Counted from the stretch's first letter, positions 47,040 through 59,469 are shown. The stretch is 64,000 nt of DNA from Naegleria gruberi (GCA_000004985.1 GG738875.1), one strand, 5' to 3'. Notes: generated by a model from the sequence alone, not told the origin. Numbers and translations: made by a program.

Positions 47040-50000
47040 ATGCCACCAAAGAAGAGGAATATTAATTATGATGATGACGACGATGCTGATGAAAACGATA
47101 ATGCAGGAAATGAGAGTTTAATTGTTCGGGAGCGATTAAATTTTGCTAACCGAAGCAGTAATGGATCATCTTCGGGTGGTGGTAGTGTAGGATCATCGAA
47201 TAGTACTAATCAGTGGTGTGCTTTTAATATTGGTGATAAATCGGAGAATGATATTGAACGTGTGATGATTGCCTACTTGGAAAAGTATCACTTGCAAGAT
47301 ATTAGAGATATTTTGTGTCCTCCTCTCACTCTAACAAATGATGATACAATTCACTATAGTGTATTTATTGATGTTTCACATTTCATGTCTGCAAATATTG
47401 AAATTGGATCAATTTTATTATCATACCCAACAGAATTAATTCCTATTTTTGAGAGAGCACTGATTAAAACACAGCAACGTCACATTGAAAAACAAGAAGT
47501 TATGAAGGAACAATTTAAATTGAAAACATTTGTGCATGTTAGACTTCATACGTTACCACAATGTTCCGAAGTAACAAAAACATCAGTGAGATCTGTGAGG
47601 AGTTGTGACGCTAATAGATTAATTTCTGTCAGTGGTACTGTCATTAAAACAGGGCCTATCAAAATGTTGGAGTATAAGAAGATTTATATTTGTAAAAAGT
47701 GTAAAAAGTCATTTGATATTGTTGCAGATAGAGAACAATTTAATAGTATAACGAAACCAACACAATGCCCAATTGAAGATTGTGGAGGAAAATCATTTAT
47801 TTCGAGAGAGGATGAAATTGTTTGTAGAGATTATCAGGAAATCAAAATTCAAGACAAAATTTCACAACTACATGTTGGTTCAATTCCTCGTTCCATTCTT
47901 GTAGTTTTGGAAGATGATTTAGTGGATGTTGTAAAAGCTGGAGATGATGTAATTTTAACAGGAATACCTTTCAGAAGATGGAAAACTTTTAAAAACGATG
48001 CTAGATGTGGTGTTGATATGGCTGTATGGAGTAATCACATTCGTATTGGAAATGAAAAGAAGAGTGCAATGAACGTTACAGAAGAATTGAAATCAGAATT
48101 TAAACACTTTTGGGAAAAGTATAAGGAGAATCCATTGGCAGGAAGAAGCTTAATTTTGAAGAGTATGTGCCCTCAATTATTTGGATTGTACTTTGTCAAG
48201 TTGGCAGTTGCGTTGACTATTATTGGAGGAGTACCAATGAAAAAGAATAATACACGTATTAGAGGAGAGTCACATTTATTGATTGTTGGTGATCCAGGTA
48301 CTGGAAAAAGTCAATTTTTGAAATATGCCTCTAAATTGAGTCCCAGATATGTAATGACAAATGGAATTGGTACAACTAGTGCCGGTCTGACAGTTATGGC
48401 TTCAAAAGAGTCTGGAGGAGATTGGGCCCTTGAAGCAGGTGCTCTTGTTTTGGCTGATGGAGGAGTTTGTTGCATTGATGAATTTGATGCTATCAGAGAA
48501 CATGACAGAGTAACCATTCACGAAGCTATGGAACAACAAACCCTCAGTATTGCAAAAGCTGGTTTAGTTTGTAAATTGAATACGAGAACAACTGTTTTGG
48601 CAGCATGTAATCCAAAGGGAAAGTATGATTTGGAAGCAAGTATTTCTGTAAATTGTGCACTTGCTAGTCCATTGTTGAGTCGTTTTGACATTGTACTTGT
48701 ACTTTTAGATTCCCAAGATGAAGAGTGGGACAATAGAGTTTCATCATTCATTCTCAATGAGCAACAAATGGAAGAGGAAGATTCTCAGTTATGGTCATTT
48801 GATAAGTTGAGAGCTTATATTTCCTATATCAAATCAGAATATCATCCACAAATACCGCCAGAAAGTGGTAGAATCTTAACAGAATACTATAGACTTCAAA
48901 GAAGAGCTGACAGAAGAGTTGCTGCAAGAACAACTATTCGTTTGCTTGAGTCTTTAGTTAGATTAGCCCAAGCTCATGCCAGACTCATGTGTAGAAAAGA
49001 GGTTACTGTCCAAGATGCTGTAATGTCTGTATTAACTGTTGATATTTCTTCCAATACTTCATCTTTACTGAATGTTTCATCTGTACTTCATTCTAATTTC
49101 CCAGACGATCCAGATAGTGATTATAAGGGTTATATTGAAATGGTTCTTTTCAAGTTAGGTATTGGTTTACAAGATCCTAGAACTGTTAATTTTTCAATGC
49201 CTCCTCAAAATCAAAGACAACAAATCACACAAAAGAAACCAACACAACAAGCCACTCAAAGAGAAGAAAGAGTGGATGAACCCTTAATAGACGATGATGA
49301 TGACCAAGTTGATTTTGGTTTTACTGATGATGAACCTCAACCTGAACAAGTTACCAGTCATGCTGTGAGAACTCCAACAAAACCTAATCAAGGATCATCC
49401 AAACGTAAAATTGAGCATCACCAGGAAGAGCCTGAAGAGGATTATCGATCTCCACAAAAAAAGAAGAAAAGTGTCTTCTCAACCCAAGATCTAGAAGAAG
49501 TAGAAAATGATATTCATAGAACACCTTCTCTTCCTTCAAATCGTAACCTAAACAATTTTAAAGAGCATTTGAGATCTAAGGGAAAGGATTTGGAAACATC
49601 AGAGCTCCCTCAACCTCCAAAACCTATTGAGCCACCAAGGTCTATTTTACAAAAACCTCAAGCTCCACCAATTGTTGAAAAAACCTCCTCTTCTGTCCAA
49701 TTTAACAAACCTTCACCACCTCCACAACAACAAAATGTACAGCAACCAAAAGATAATATCCCTAGTATAAATCCACCCCCTTCAAAACCACCTTCCAGAC
49801 AAACTCCTCAAGATATTATTCCTCCAGTAACCAATAATCAACAACAGCCTACAAAACCAGCCCAACAAGCAACTCCACAAACAGGAAGAGGTAGAAGTTT
49901 ATTATCTAATCTTGGTTCACGAACTAATCAAGTAGCTCAACAACCTCCACCCCAACAATTTCAACAACCTCCACGACCAGCTCAACCAGCTACAGATCAA

Positions 50001-50159
50001 CCTCAAAAGGATGATTCATTTGAATTACCAGAATCGTTTACGTTAGGAGATGATACCAGCTTCTTACTAGACGCAACCCCAACCAAACCATCCAATAGCT
50101 CTGGAAATAATTCTAAAAGACTTATTGATGATAATGATGAGCTTGATGGACTAATTTAA
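47040..50159 (+). CDS. mcm9: DNA helicase MCM9
   Basis: A zinc motif is present: CKKCKKSFDIV...CPIEDCGG. The MCM AAA+ core reads IRGESHLLIVGDPGTGKSQFLKYASKLSPRYVMTNGIGTTSAGLTV...ALVLADGGVCCIDEFD...SRFDIVLVLLD and is near-identical to the MCM9 Walker A, Walker B and arginine-finger region. A long P/Q-rich C-terminal extension follows. The real ATG is at 47040. Confidence 0.9.
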   Translation: MPPKKRNINYDDDDDADENDNAGNESLIVRERLNFANRSSNGSSSGGGSVGSSNSTNQWCAFNIGDKSENDIERVMIAYLEKYHLQDIRDILCPPLTLTNDDTIHYSVFIDVSHFMSANIEIGSILLSYPTELIPIFERALIKTQQRHIEKQEVMKEQFKLKTFVHVRLHTLPQCSEVTKTSVRSVRSCDANRLISVSGTVIKTGPIKMLEYKKIYICKKCKKSFDIVADREQFNSITKPTQCPIEDCGGKSFISREDEIVCRDYQEIKIQDKISQLHVGSIPRSILVVLEDDLVDVVKAGDDVILTGIPFRRWKTFKNDARCGVDMAVWSNHIRIGNEKKSAMNVTEELKSEFKHFWEKYKENPLAGRSLILKSMCPQLFGLYFVKLAVALTIIGGVPMKKNNTRIRGESHLLIVGDPGTGKSQFLKYASKLSPRYVMTNGIGTTSAGLTVMASKESGGDWALEAGALVLADGGVCCIDEFDAIREHDRVTIHEAMEQQTLSIAKAGLVCKLNTRTTVLAACNPKGKYDLEASISVNCALASPLLSRFDIVLVLLDSQDEEWDNRVSSFILNEQQMEEEDSQLWSFDKLRAYISYIKSEYHPQIPPESGRILTEYYRLQRRADRRVAARTTIRLLESLVRLAQAHARLMCRKEVTVQDAVMSVLTVDISSNTSSLLNVSSVLHSNFPDDPDSDYKGYIEMVLFKLGIGLQDPRTVNFSMPPQNQRQQITQKKPTQQATQREERVDEPLIDDDDDQVDFGFTDDEPQPEQVTSHAVRTPTKPNQGSSKRKIEHHQEEPEEDYRSPQKKKKSVFSTQDLEEVENDIHRTPSLPSNRNLNNFKEHLRSKGKDLETSELPQPPKPIEPPRSILQKPQAPPIVEKTSSSVQFNKPSPPPQQQNVQQPKDNIPSINPPPSKPPSRQTPQDIIPPVTNNQQQPTKPAQQATPQTGRGRSLLSNLGSRTNQVAQQPPPQQFQQPPRPAQPATDQPQKDDSFELPESFTLGDDTSFLLDATPTKPSNSSGNNSKRLIDDNDELDGLI

Positions 50160-51323
50160 AGTTAAAACTCCAACACTATTATAAAATACCAACAAATATT
50201 GGTCTGATGAGTCATGTTTGTGAATAAAAATAACTTTCTTCCCAATTTTGACTCTTGAAACCACTTTGTAATTTTCTTCAATATCAATCTTGTTGATTAT
50301 TGAGATTTTTTCCTCTGGTAAATATTCTACAAACAAGATTTTCTTGCCATCAACTAGTGAATGAAGTATTTGATGTTTGTTTTTTCTTGAAGTAAAATCT
50401 GCAACTAGTTCAATCTTTTCAGTAATGGTGTTGAAAATAAAAATACATCCTGAATTCTGAATCAAAACCTTTCCAACATCTACTCGTTGAATATTATTGT
50501 ACGAAGCGTTTGTCGTTGGAATGCAAGGAAAGAAGAATTCATCACACTTTTTGAAAACAGCTTTCTTATTCCCTGGATCTGTTTCTACTAAATCAATGTA
50601 CGTGTATTTCACTGTTGTTTCACTAAGCATAATCAAACATTCCTTTTTAGAATCTATTTTAACAGATTTAATCTTATAAATTGATTTGTCAAATAATTTC
50701 TCACTAACTGCACGGGCCGTATTGGTCATGAAAACCACACAAGTAATTCTTCCACTGAAAAATTCGAATTAAATCCGTAAAACCAATACTTACTGATCAC
50801 TTGATAGATACCAAACATTTTTATCTATCGAACTAGGAGTAAATGATCTTATTTTCTGGCATGAAAAATCTGAAAACTCCAGAGTCAATCTAATATTCTG
50901 GAATGAATCCAACAATGTAAATTTAGGAATAAAAGTATCTCCCACAAGTGTATAAGATCCAAATGTGTGTAAATATAAATTTCCATTTGAAAGATTCTTC
51001 TTTTCCAATCCCAATGATTTATAATCCTTGATTTTAGGGTCATCTATTCCAATTCCATCTTCTTTTTTGGTCAATCCAACTAAACAAATTTGATTATTAT
51101 TATAAAAAACCATTTTGGCGGCTCCCTTAATACATCCAACCAAGTTATCAATGGGAATTTGAACTTCTGGAATTCTCTTAGGTATTGGTGATAGTGAAAA
51201 GTTTTTCTCTTTCATAATTACAATATGTTGATCGAATTGATAGGGTTTGCATTTCTTTTGAGGAGATTCCTCAGCTAATCTTGTTGTCACAGTTTTTCTT
51301 TTTGGTGTCTTAGGATGATCCAC
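50151..51323 (-). CDS. Hypothetical protein; complement(join(50151..50754, 50794..51323)); 5' end unresolved
   Basis: A 39-nt intron gtaagtattgg...ttttcag joins the ORFs at 50790-51323 and 50151-50738 in frame (...SSDH|GRITCVV...). The listed M at 51323 is a GTG. The frame is open further upstream without an ATG. No domain is recognised. Confidence 0.45.
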
Positions 51324-51439
51324 TGTATCATTGATTGTTTGAGAAGTTGATGCTGAGGCATATGACGTCGAGGTAGAACTTTGGTTTGCTGTTGTTTGAG
51401 AATAAATGTGAGATTGAAGGGTGGGTAGTTCTACGTTAA

Positions 51440-52203
51440 TTACATCTGTCCTCCTAATTCCTCAAAGCATTCCTCATCAACTATTTGAGAAATAGATTTA
51501 AATTGCACATCACTTGACTCTCCAATTGTGACAATAGCTCCTTTATCAGGTCTGGATTGATTTGATTTAGGCTTTTTTGTAATCATATTGGGTGATGTTT
51601 CAATTCTTGTTTGTGACTTGGGATGTAAAAAGTGTTGTGTATGATAATTAATAAATTTTTCCTTGGCATCTTGAAAATCAAATTGTCTAACCTTAAATTC
51701 AGCTTGAAGTTGTTTCACTCTCATATGATACGGGCCATTATTTATACGAAACAAGTTGACAACCTCATTAATTCTTTCCATTACTTTTTTACTAGCTCCA
51801 ATATTCTTACTATTATGAATTTAATGAGTTTAAATATGACTTTGATTACTAACTTTGCAATTTCATATATTAAATGTGTTTGTAATAATGAAAGAATGCA
51901 ATCCTTGACTGATTTTACTACATTTCCATCATTGGATAAATACCTGGAAATATAACAAAAACCATGATCAAATTCATTATTTTCTACAAAATCCAATAAA
52001 TGTTCAATGTTAAAGTGGTTTGTCTCCCTGTCAAATTCTTGTTTAATAGAATATAATTTTCTAATCTGTAAATAATTACTAATAAATAAATCAACACTAG
52101 AAATAAATTCCTGGTCTGTTGCTACCAATTGTCTAATTTCCGATAGAGATGGAAAAATGTAACCAGTAGTTGTTGTAGAAAAACCCTCTTCTTGTTGGGA
52201 CAT
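51440..52203 (-). CDS. Hypothetical 239-aa protein; complement(join(51440..51809, 51854..52203))
   Basis: ATG at 52203. A 44-nt intron gttagtaatc...ataatag joins ...LIYEIA|NKNIGASKKVMERINEVVNLFRINNG... to the C-terminus ...EECFEELGGQM*. Confidence 0.5.
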
Positions 52204-52266
52204 TTTTTTTTCTGGTTTTTTACAAGAGAATTAAATTATGAATGTTTGAGAAGTTATGGAGATAGT

Positions 52267-53308
52267 TTATTGTTTCTTTTCTTCAGCCTTCTTTTGCATC
52301 TTCTTCATGAGACCAGAAAGGAAACCCTTCATTTGCTTCATCAAGAATGATTCAGGAACCAAAGCCAACAAACTGACAACCAAATCATGTGGCCAGTAAG
52401 CAGAAGTCAAACCATAGCTGACACCGAATGGACAACCAATAATATCAACACATGATCTAGCATAAACAGTAGCTTCTGGCTTCATCAAAGTAGCTCTTCT
52501 AACCATAGTCATGTCAGACTTGACCCACATTGGAGAAAGACCATAAACTTCCATCTTTGGAGCTTCATATTTCAAAGCAAGACTGAAAGCATTAATGAAT
52601 GACTTGGTAGCAGCATAAACAGTCATCAATGGAGTTGGATATTGAGCAGTATATGAAGAAAGATTCAAAATAGTACCTCTTTCATTCATGATTGGCATAA
52701 TAGCTCTGGTAACACTCAAAACTGAATGAAGGTTAACCTTGATAAGCTTATCAAAATCACTTTCTGGTTGTTCAGTGAATGGGAATGGAGAATTGTTAGT
52801 ATTATTAATACCAACATTGTTAACCAAAACATCAACCTTGTTGTTACCAACAACATTCAACAAGGCTTGTTTGATTTCTTCTCTTGAAGCCTTTTCGAAA
52901 TCAACAATAGCAATAGAAACTTGATTCTTATACTTGGTTTCGAGAGTATTCTTCAAGTTTTGTCCCTTTTCTTCGTTTCTGGCAACAACAATAACGTTGG
53001 CTCCACGTCTACTGAATTCATGAGCAAATCCTTCTCCGATACCTATTATTTAATAATAATATAATTAATAATATTTCATCAGAAATTAATTGTCATCATT
53101 AATCGGCCAATTATGATTAATAAAAACACCACTCTCTAATAAACCTACCAGAAGTAGCACCAGTAATCAAAACATTCTTTCCTCTGTAATTAGTTGAATT
53201 CTTATAGATGAAGTGAGCATAGATAAAACCAACAACCTTCTTGAGCAAGACAAGGCCAAGGATGACACCCAATGTGTAAACGACGCAGGAAAATCCACAA
53301 CAAGACAT
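52267..53308 (-). CDS. Very-long-chain 3-oxoacyl-CoA reductase (HSD17B12/KAR-like short-chain dehydrogenase); complement(join(52267..53042, 53149..53308))
   Basis: There is an N-terminal TM segment. The Rossmann motif is GKNVLITGATSG|IGEGFAHEF. The catalytic motif is NLSSYTAQYPTPLMTVYAATKSFINAF (YxxxK). The C-terminus is Lys-rich (KKMQKKAEEKKQ). The 106-nt intron runs gtaggttt...aataatag, and the protein is 311 aa. Confidence 0.85.
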
Positions 53309-53521
53309 TTTTTATTTTCGATCCTCGTTGCTTGAATTGTTCATGGAGAATCTCACACTTTTAAATATTTCACACACAAAACACCTCCACAAATTGTGAA
53401 TCATATTGATGGTTCAATATTAAATTGACAGTTGGTGGGGGTAATACTTTTGCAACGAATAGTAAGGATGATGACTGTTCATTTGATGTCCTCTTATTTA
53501 GTGGTTTGTCAATATAATGTA

Positions 53522-54619
53522 CTATACTTTGAAATGAGTCCATGGAATGGAATTGCTCTTATTGATTTCAGAGTCATTTTCTGGCATGAATAATGGATCT
53601 GTATCTCTGTAATAGTAATGAATATTTCCTTGATTATCCATTAGAATGATTGTTTGGGATCTGGTTTTAAAGTAGGTCTTATTTACATAAATGTTGTAAT
53701 GTGAGTCAAGTCGTGATCTGAAATGAAGAGGACCAGCACCGTCTTTCATAAAGTGTTGTGGAATCAGATTCAACAGGGATGGGTCTTTGCTATGATCCAG
53801 TTGTTCAATGTTTGTAAGGTGATTGATAATTTGTTCTTCCTCCTTGAAATGTTCTCTGAATCTATTAGTAATACATTTTTCTAATTTTTGGAGCATTACA
53901 TCTGGATCTGTGATTTCTCTATTTTCTTTCACAGTTTTTTCAAGTAAATTCTTGAGAAGATCAAGTTTGTATTTCTTATAAAGTTCATTCCTACAATCAT
54001 CCAAATATGTATTTGAAACAATGTGAATCTCATTATTGATCTCCTCAATTTTGTAATAGTTTAGGAGATTTTGAGCTTGATCATCTCTATTGGTCATGTA
54101 AAACATTGGATTTACGCCATCCAGATTTCCCATAATAATGTTAAATCCTCGCATGTGTTTTTCTTCTCCAAAATATTGATCGAGAACATTTTTCCTTAAT
54201 TCTTCAATTTCAATTGAGGATTTCAATTTTTTTGGAAATAAACAAATTCCATTCACAATAAATCCTCTAGAAATCAAATGATCTGTATCTGCAGTTGGAC
54301 CAAATACATTTGTCAACACAACCATATTCTTTGTATCTAAATTGAGACTATTTACAATTAAATTTGGAAAATAAATGAAAACAAACCCCATCCATGTTCC
54401 TCCCTCTTTCTTATCAATACATGAGAGAATTCTAAATCCTGTTTGAGAATCTACTCTGATATCAATTTCACCTGTAGATCTAAGTGGATCTTCATCTCTA
54501 AAATTTTCAATCAAAAAAAAATTAATTTTTTAAAAATCCAAAAATAACTCATACCTATTGTCAACCAAAATGAAAGGGAAGTAAGGGTGAAATGATTGAA
54601 TACACCCTACAATACACAT
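53522..54619 (-). CDS. TANGO2 (NRDE family) homolog; complement(join(53522..54497, 54555..54619))
   Basis: Exon 1 encodes MCIVGCIQSFHPYFPFILVDNR, matching the MCI start and NRDE motif. Exon 2 encodes DEDPLRS...KKEGGTWMGF...SQTIILMDNQGNIHYYY. The 57-nt intron runs gtatgagtt...aattttag. Confidence 0.8.
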
Positions 54620-54636
54620 TTTTTTTATTTTTAATT

Positions 54637-54993
54637 TTATTCCAATTGTTTCTTCTTGAGTAATGCATCAATTTGTTGATTTGCTTGAGCCAATTCTCCA
54701 TACCATTCATGATGGTGCATATCAGCATATTGCTTATCTCCTCTAAGTGGACTAGAATTGGAGAGTGGGAACAATACGTCACTAGTAATTTTATTAATTT
54801 GATGTTCGGCACTCTTGAAGGTTGATCTATTAAAATCAACACAAGAATTAATTGGTACACATTCAATAGCATACATTCCGATGATGATGAAGATTACAGT
54901 TATATTAATAACAATAAATATATAATGAACATGAATCAAAAAAACATACCCAAACACTGATTTGACTACTCCTCTCGCCAAAGCACACAACAT
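54637..54993 (-). CDS. Small 77-aa protein with a presequence-like N-terminus; complement(join(54637..54826, 54950..54993))
   Basis: The start is ATG TTG TGT GCT..., encoding MLCALARGVVKSVFG. A 123-nt intron runs gtatgttttt...ttttaatag. The second exon encodes STFKSAEHQINKITSDVLFPLSNSSPLRGDKQYADMHHHEWYGELAQANQQIDALLKKKQLE*. The stop lies 17 bp upstream of the TANGO2 ATG. Confidence 0.45.
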   Translation of the reverse strand: MLCALARGVVKSVFGYVFLIHVHYIFIVINITVIFIIIGMYAIECVPINSCVDFNRSTFKSAEHQINKITSDVLFPLSNSSPLRGDKQYADMHHHEWYGELAQANQQIDALLKKKQLE

Positions 54994-55094
54994 TTTTCTA
55001 AAATTGATTTCTTCTATTTGTTGTGTAGCGTTAATTTGATGGCACGTGAAGAAAAACAACAAGAAGCAAATTAAAAGGCGCAAAGTGAAAAAAA

Positions 55095-58000
55095 ATGATA
55101 TCGACACCACAAAAACGTTCCTCTCGAAGAAACATCTCTTCGGGGCCAACATCACTTTCTGGTGGATCGTCATCTCACGCAACAAATAGATCAAGCCATC
55201 AAAAGTTACTTCAATTTATTGAACACATTAAATTCGAGACTAACAAGGATAAATTAAATCACTACCTACAACAAATTGATGATATTTTGATCAGCACAAC
55301 AGAAAGGTATGTTAATAGTAAAATTTGCTGGAAATTGGAAATTATTGTGTAGTGATAATGACTTGGTAAACGAATATTTGCCTAAAATTCTTCAGATTCA
55401 ACATCCTGTGCACCCTCAAGATTTTAAACTTTTCCTTTCTCTCTTGATTGAAAAAGTTATGAACAAGGTTCAAAATGTTTCTGTTGAAAATACAAAGAGT
55501 TGTGCTGAAACATTGTCTTTAATTCTGATTTCTACTGATAGTACAAACTTGATGAAGCGTATTATTACAACAAGTATTTCAATTGTTAGGAAATCTATTG
55601 AATTAATTACTCTGGATCCAAACAACAAGCATAATAGTATTTTATTCAGTCACATGTCACTTTTGATTAAGAGAATTTTGAGTTATATTGATAAGGATAA
55701 TGAAGGTATTCAAACTCATGCTGTACATTTTATTGAAAATTTAATTTTAATGTACAGTAGTATTAATAAGTCAAATATGGAAATCAATGAAGAAAACCTT
55801 TCGAACCTCTTATCTTACCTTCAACTTTCTGGTAACACCTACAAGGTTCAATATATAGATCCTTACCCAATTGACTTGAGCTTTGTTTCAAGTTATGCAG
55901 AGAATGGTAAAGTTGGATGTTTCAATGTTGAAAATATGAGAGATGAAGGAGCAAGATATTTGGAAAAATTGATTGAAAAATTTAAAAAGGAGGATTGTCC
56001 ATCATCTGTAATTTCAGTCATCATCCAAGCTTTACTGAATATTGCAAAACAAAGACATGGATTTTGGAACACAATTATTCCTTTCCTTTCTAATCAGGCT
56101 TACTATTATTTGGGAAAAGGTAGAACTAACAACACACAAAAACAAACTTTGAAGACTTTATTGAAAACAGCTATTTTGTTTTTATTGAAAATGCCAGAAA
56201 CTAGACACAAATGGAGACCAACTATTCTTCATGGATTGGGTGAGCTTGATGTAAGCAATACTTCGATCGGAATGATTACTAAATTTGTGGATAAACATAC
56301 TACAGTTTTAAAAAGAAAGGAACCACCTGCAGAGGAAAAAGAAGCCAAGGTTAGGAAGAATGATATCTCTCAAGCTTCTCAAAATCAAACTGGAGCTCAA
56401 CCTACTCAAGATTTGGAGCCTACATCAGTTTTATATATCAGCTATGTTCCAAATGCTATGACTAACGTTGAGCTGGCAAATACAGTTCTTGGAAATCTTT
56501 CTCGAATTGAATCAAAATCTAATAGACCACCTAAGAATCTTGAGAATAGTAATCAATTGGTTGGTGTCGTTATGTCTGCCCTCTCTAGTCACTATAAGAA
56601 AGGTAATACATATTCTTCAGAAGAACAGCAACAATATATGAGTTCCGTACAATTATACTTATCAGAACCTATTCCATCATTCAACTCTAGTCTTGTCACA
56701 GTATCTGTACTCCAACAACAAGCAAATCCTTATCAAGCTAGACAAGTTGCTACAACACCTTACGGAAGAAGTCCATATAGCAGAGCTGCTCCAGTCCAAT
56801 CACAAAAAGCTGACCCAAGACTTACCCAAAAAGATCCAAGAACAGCATATGTTCCTGATAAGAGTAATGCTTTCAGTTCTAATCAATCTAAAGCCTCTGG
56901 AGATGATTCTGATGAGGAAGAGGTTGTCACATACAAACAACAAACAACTGTCAAACAAGAAAAGGTTGCTGAGCCAGTTGAAGAAGATGTTAAGGAGGAT
57001 TTATCAAAACAATTCAAACTTAAATTATCTATTGTTGATGATAACTGCAAACAACAACTCAAAAAATTCAATTGGAACAAGATGTTAATGAATGAAAAGG
57101 GGATGAAAAGAGAAGGAAAAGATCACTATAGAATTAAGCTCATTTGTCTTATGGCTGTAAGAAGTGCCGAAACAGACGAGCAATATCAACAACTCTACAA
57201 TTTCATTAAAGAGGATGTTAAGGGCCGATTCTCACTACTCATGATGTGGTTGTATATGGAGTATAAACACTCCATTGAACAAGAATATAATGTCAAAAAA
57301 GAAGAAAGTTCCGAAAATAGATATACAAGACTTTTCCACAAGTTTTTACTCAGTTTCGATAAGAGTGAAAGTATTCTTGCCAGATTTTTGGTTCAATCTC
57401 CACACATTACGCAATATACATTGGATTATATTTGTAAAGATCTTTGTGAAAGCGATAATTACATAGGACATGGACTAACAGCTCTAAGAGATATAGTTAT
57501 TTACAGACAAAATTTAAGAGAAAGGTGTTTGAATATGTTACTAAATTATGGTATTCACCAAAACTCTAAGATTCGTACACCTGCAATCCAGATTTTGCGT
57601 GATAAAACTCTGTATACTTTATTTGAGAAAGAAATTACCGACTTTGCATATTCAAGTATTATGGACATGAAACCTCTAATTGAGCAATCAACTTCAACTG
57701 ACGAAATGGTAGATGAACAAGAATCAAGCACTGATGCTAATAATGAAATTATTAAGAGGTACAGCTCCCTTTATTTGGCTCTTAGCTCGTCGTATTGTGA
57801 AGCAACATTTGAGAAACTCCTTAATGATGTTTATGCTAACTACAAGAGTTCAGAAAATATGGAGCCAGTTGTAGCAGTCTTGGAGAAAGACATTTTAAGT
57901 ACTGTGAAATCGAGCTTGAACAGAGCAACTGTGATACAGTATTTGAAAAATTTCAAGGAGGCCGAGTGTCTCGATATTAGTATTAAGATTATGCAACAAT

Positions 58001-58782
58001 TATCACTTCAACCACAAGGTATTGATGAAAATCTCTCCAAGGTGCTCATTTACACATTTTTCGAAAGAAACATCAAAGATCCAAGAATGGTTTTACCTAT
58101 TTTGTCTCAATTAACCAAAGAACAAGCCAAGGAAGCCCTTCCAATCGTTTTCAAATCTGTTACTGATGTTGAATTACTAAAAAAGAATATTATCAGTATG
58201 GTGACAGCCAATTCAAAGGCCGAGAAGAGTGACAAGCTTTCAGGAGATGAAATTCTTGTAATTTTACATCAAATAGAGGCCAATAGTGAAGTACAATCTG
58301 TGGCATTTAATAATACAAGAAATGTACTTGATGCATGTCTTATTGGAGATGGAAAGCAACTATTCACTTCACAAATGTTGAAAACAGCTCTCCAACAAAT
58401 TGTTGATATTGTACCAGTACCAAAGTTAGTTATAAGAACAGCTATTCAATCTTTGAACTTGCATAACGGTTTAGCTCAATTCCTTCTCAAATTTTCTTTC
58501 CCATCTCTTATCAAAAAGAGAGCCTACGAAAGCAAGACAATATTGTTTGGTTTAGCAAAGTGTCTCTCTGATAAGCTAACCTTATTCCAACCACCAAAAG
58601 TAGTAGAGTTCCTTTTAGACTTGGGAGAATTGAGTGAAACTGCCTTGTTGGAAGTATTAGAACAGCAAAACCTTAGAGATTTATTTAAGGAAACTATTCA
58701 AATTCAGCAGCATCCAAGAGCTTCACACTATAATTCTCTTTTAGCCAACCAACAAACAACAAGTGGTGCTGAACAAAAGTAA
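55095..58782 (+). CDS. Large (about 1213 aa) helical-repeat (HEAT/ARM-like) scaffold protein, possibly symplekin/Pta1-like; join(55095..55306, 55353..58782)
   Basis: A 46-nt intron gtatgttaatag...ttgtgtag joins MISTPQKRSS...ILISTTE to SDNDLVNEYLPKILQIQHP.... The protein has long predicted helical repeats and Ser/Gln-rich linkers. The symplekin assignment is only tentative. Confidence 0.55.
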
Positions 58783-58801
58783 ATAATAATTTATGTTTTT
58801 T

Positions 58802-59469
58802 TTACTGATTTGAAGATGACATTTTGGTGTAAATATGTTTCATAACTGTAGAAATAAAGTGTTTTTGTCTATATATACAATCTTTTAAGCAATCTGCTTC
58901 CTTAGGTGCTAAATGTTCTGTGGTTTTTTCCATAGTTTTAAATCTATCGTATTCATCCAATGGATTCAGATAATACTGACTAACACATCTCTCATAACAT
59001 AACCCTGTCAAATAAGCTTGTTCCAAATATTTATCCTTTTCAATATTAGCCTTATGTTTCAAGTCATCCATGTGTTGATTGAAAAATAATTGTTGTTGCA
59101 TCATGAATTGCTCTGGATTCATATACATAAAATTAGGATCATAATAATTGTTATAAGACATTCCGAAATTATTAAAATTATTATTCATTGAATCTTGAGG
59201 AAAATTAAAACCAGACATATCCGTTGTTGTCCAAAATTATCGTTTGTCATCATATTATTTTGCACATCTTGTTGTTGGAATGAATTATTAATATTATTAT
59301 TATTATTATTGCTGGTAGTAGGACTTGTTGTGAAAGGTAAGAATGGTGATTCCGCATAAAACTTTCCTACAAATCCTTTAGTTGTCGGAGAAATAGCTGG
59401 TGGATTTTGATTGAGAATGTTTGTGTCGACGTTTACTTCGTCCATTTTTTTATTGTTGTTTTCAATCAA
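58802..59469 (-). CDS. Asn-rich protein with a C-terminal twin Cx3C motif (small-Tim-like); two overlapping frames, so a probable frameshift near 59185-59218
   Basis: The Cx3C pairs are GLCYERCV and CLKDCIY, separated by 31 aa. The upstream ORF at 59185-59469 is collinear but in a different frame. Confidence 0.4.
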
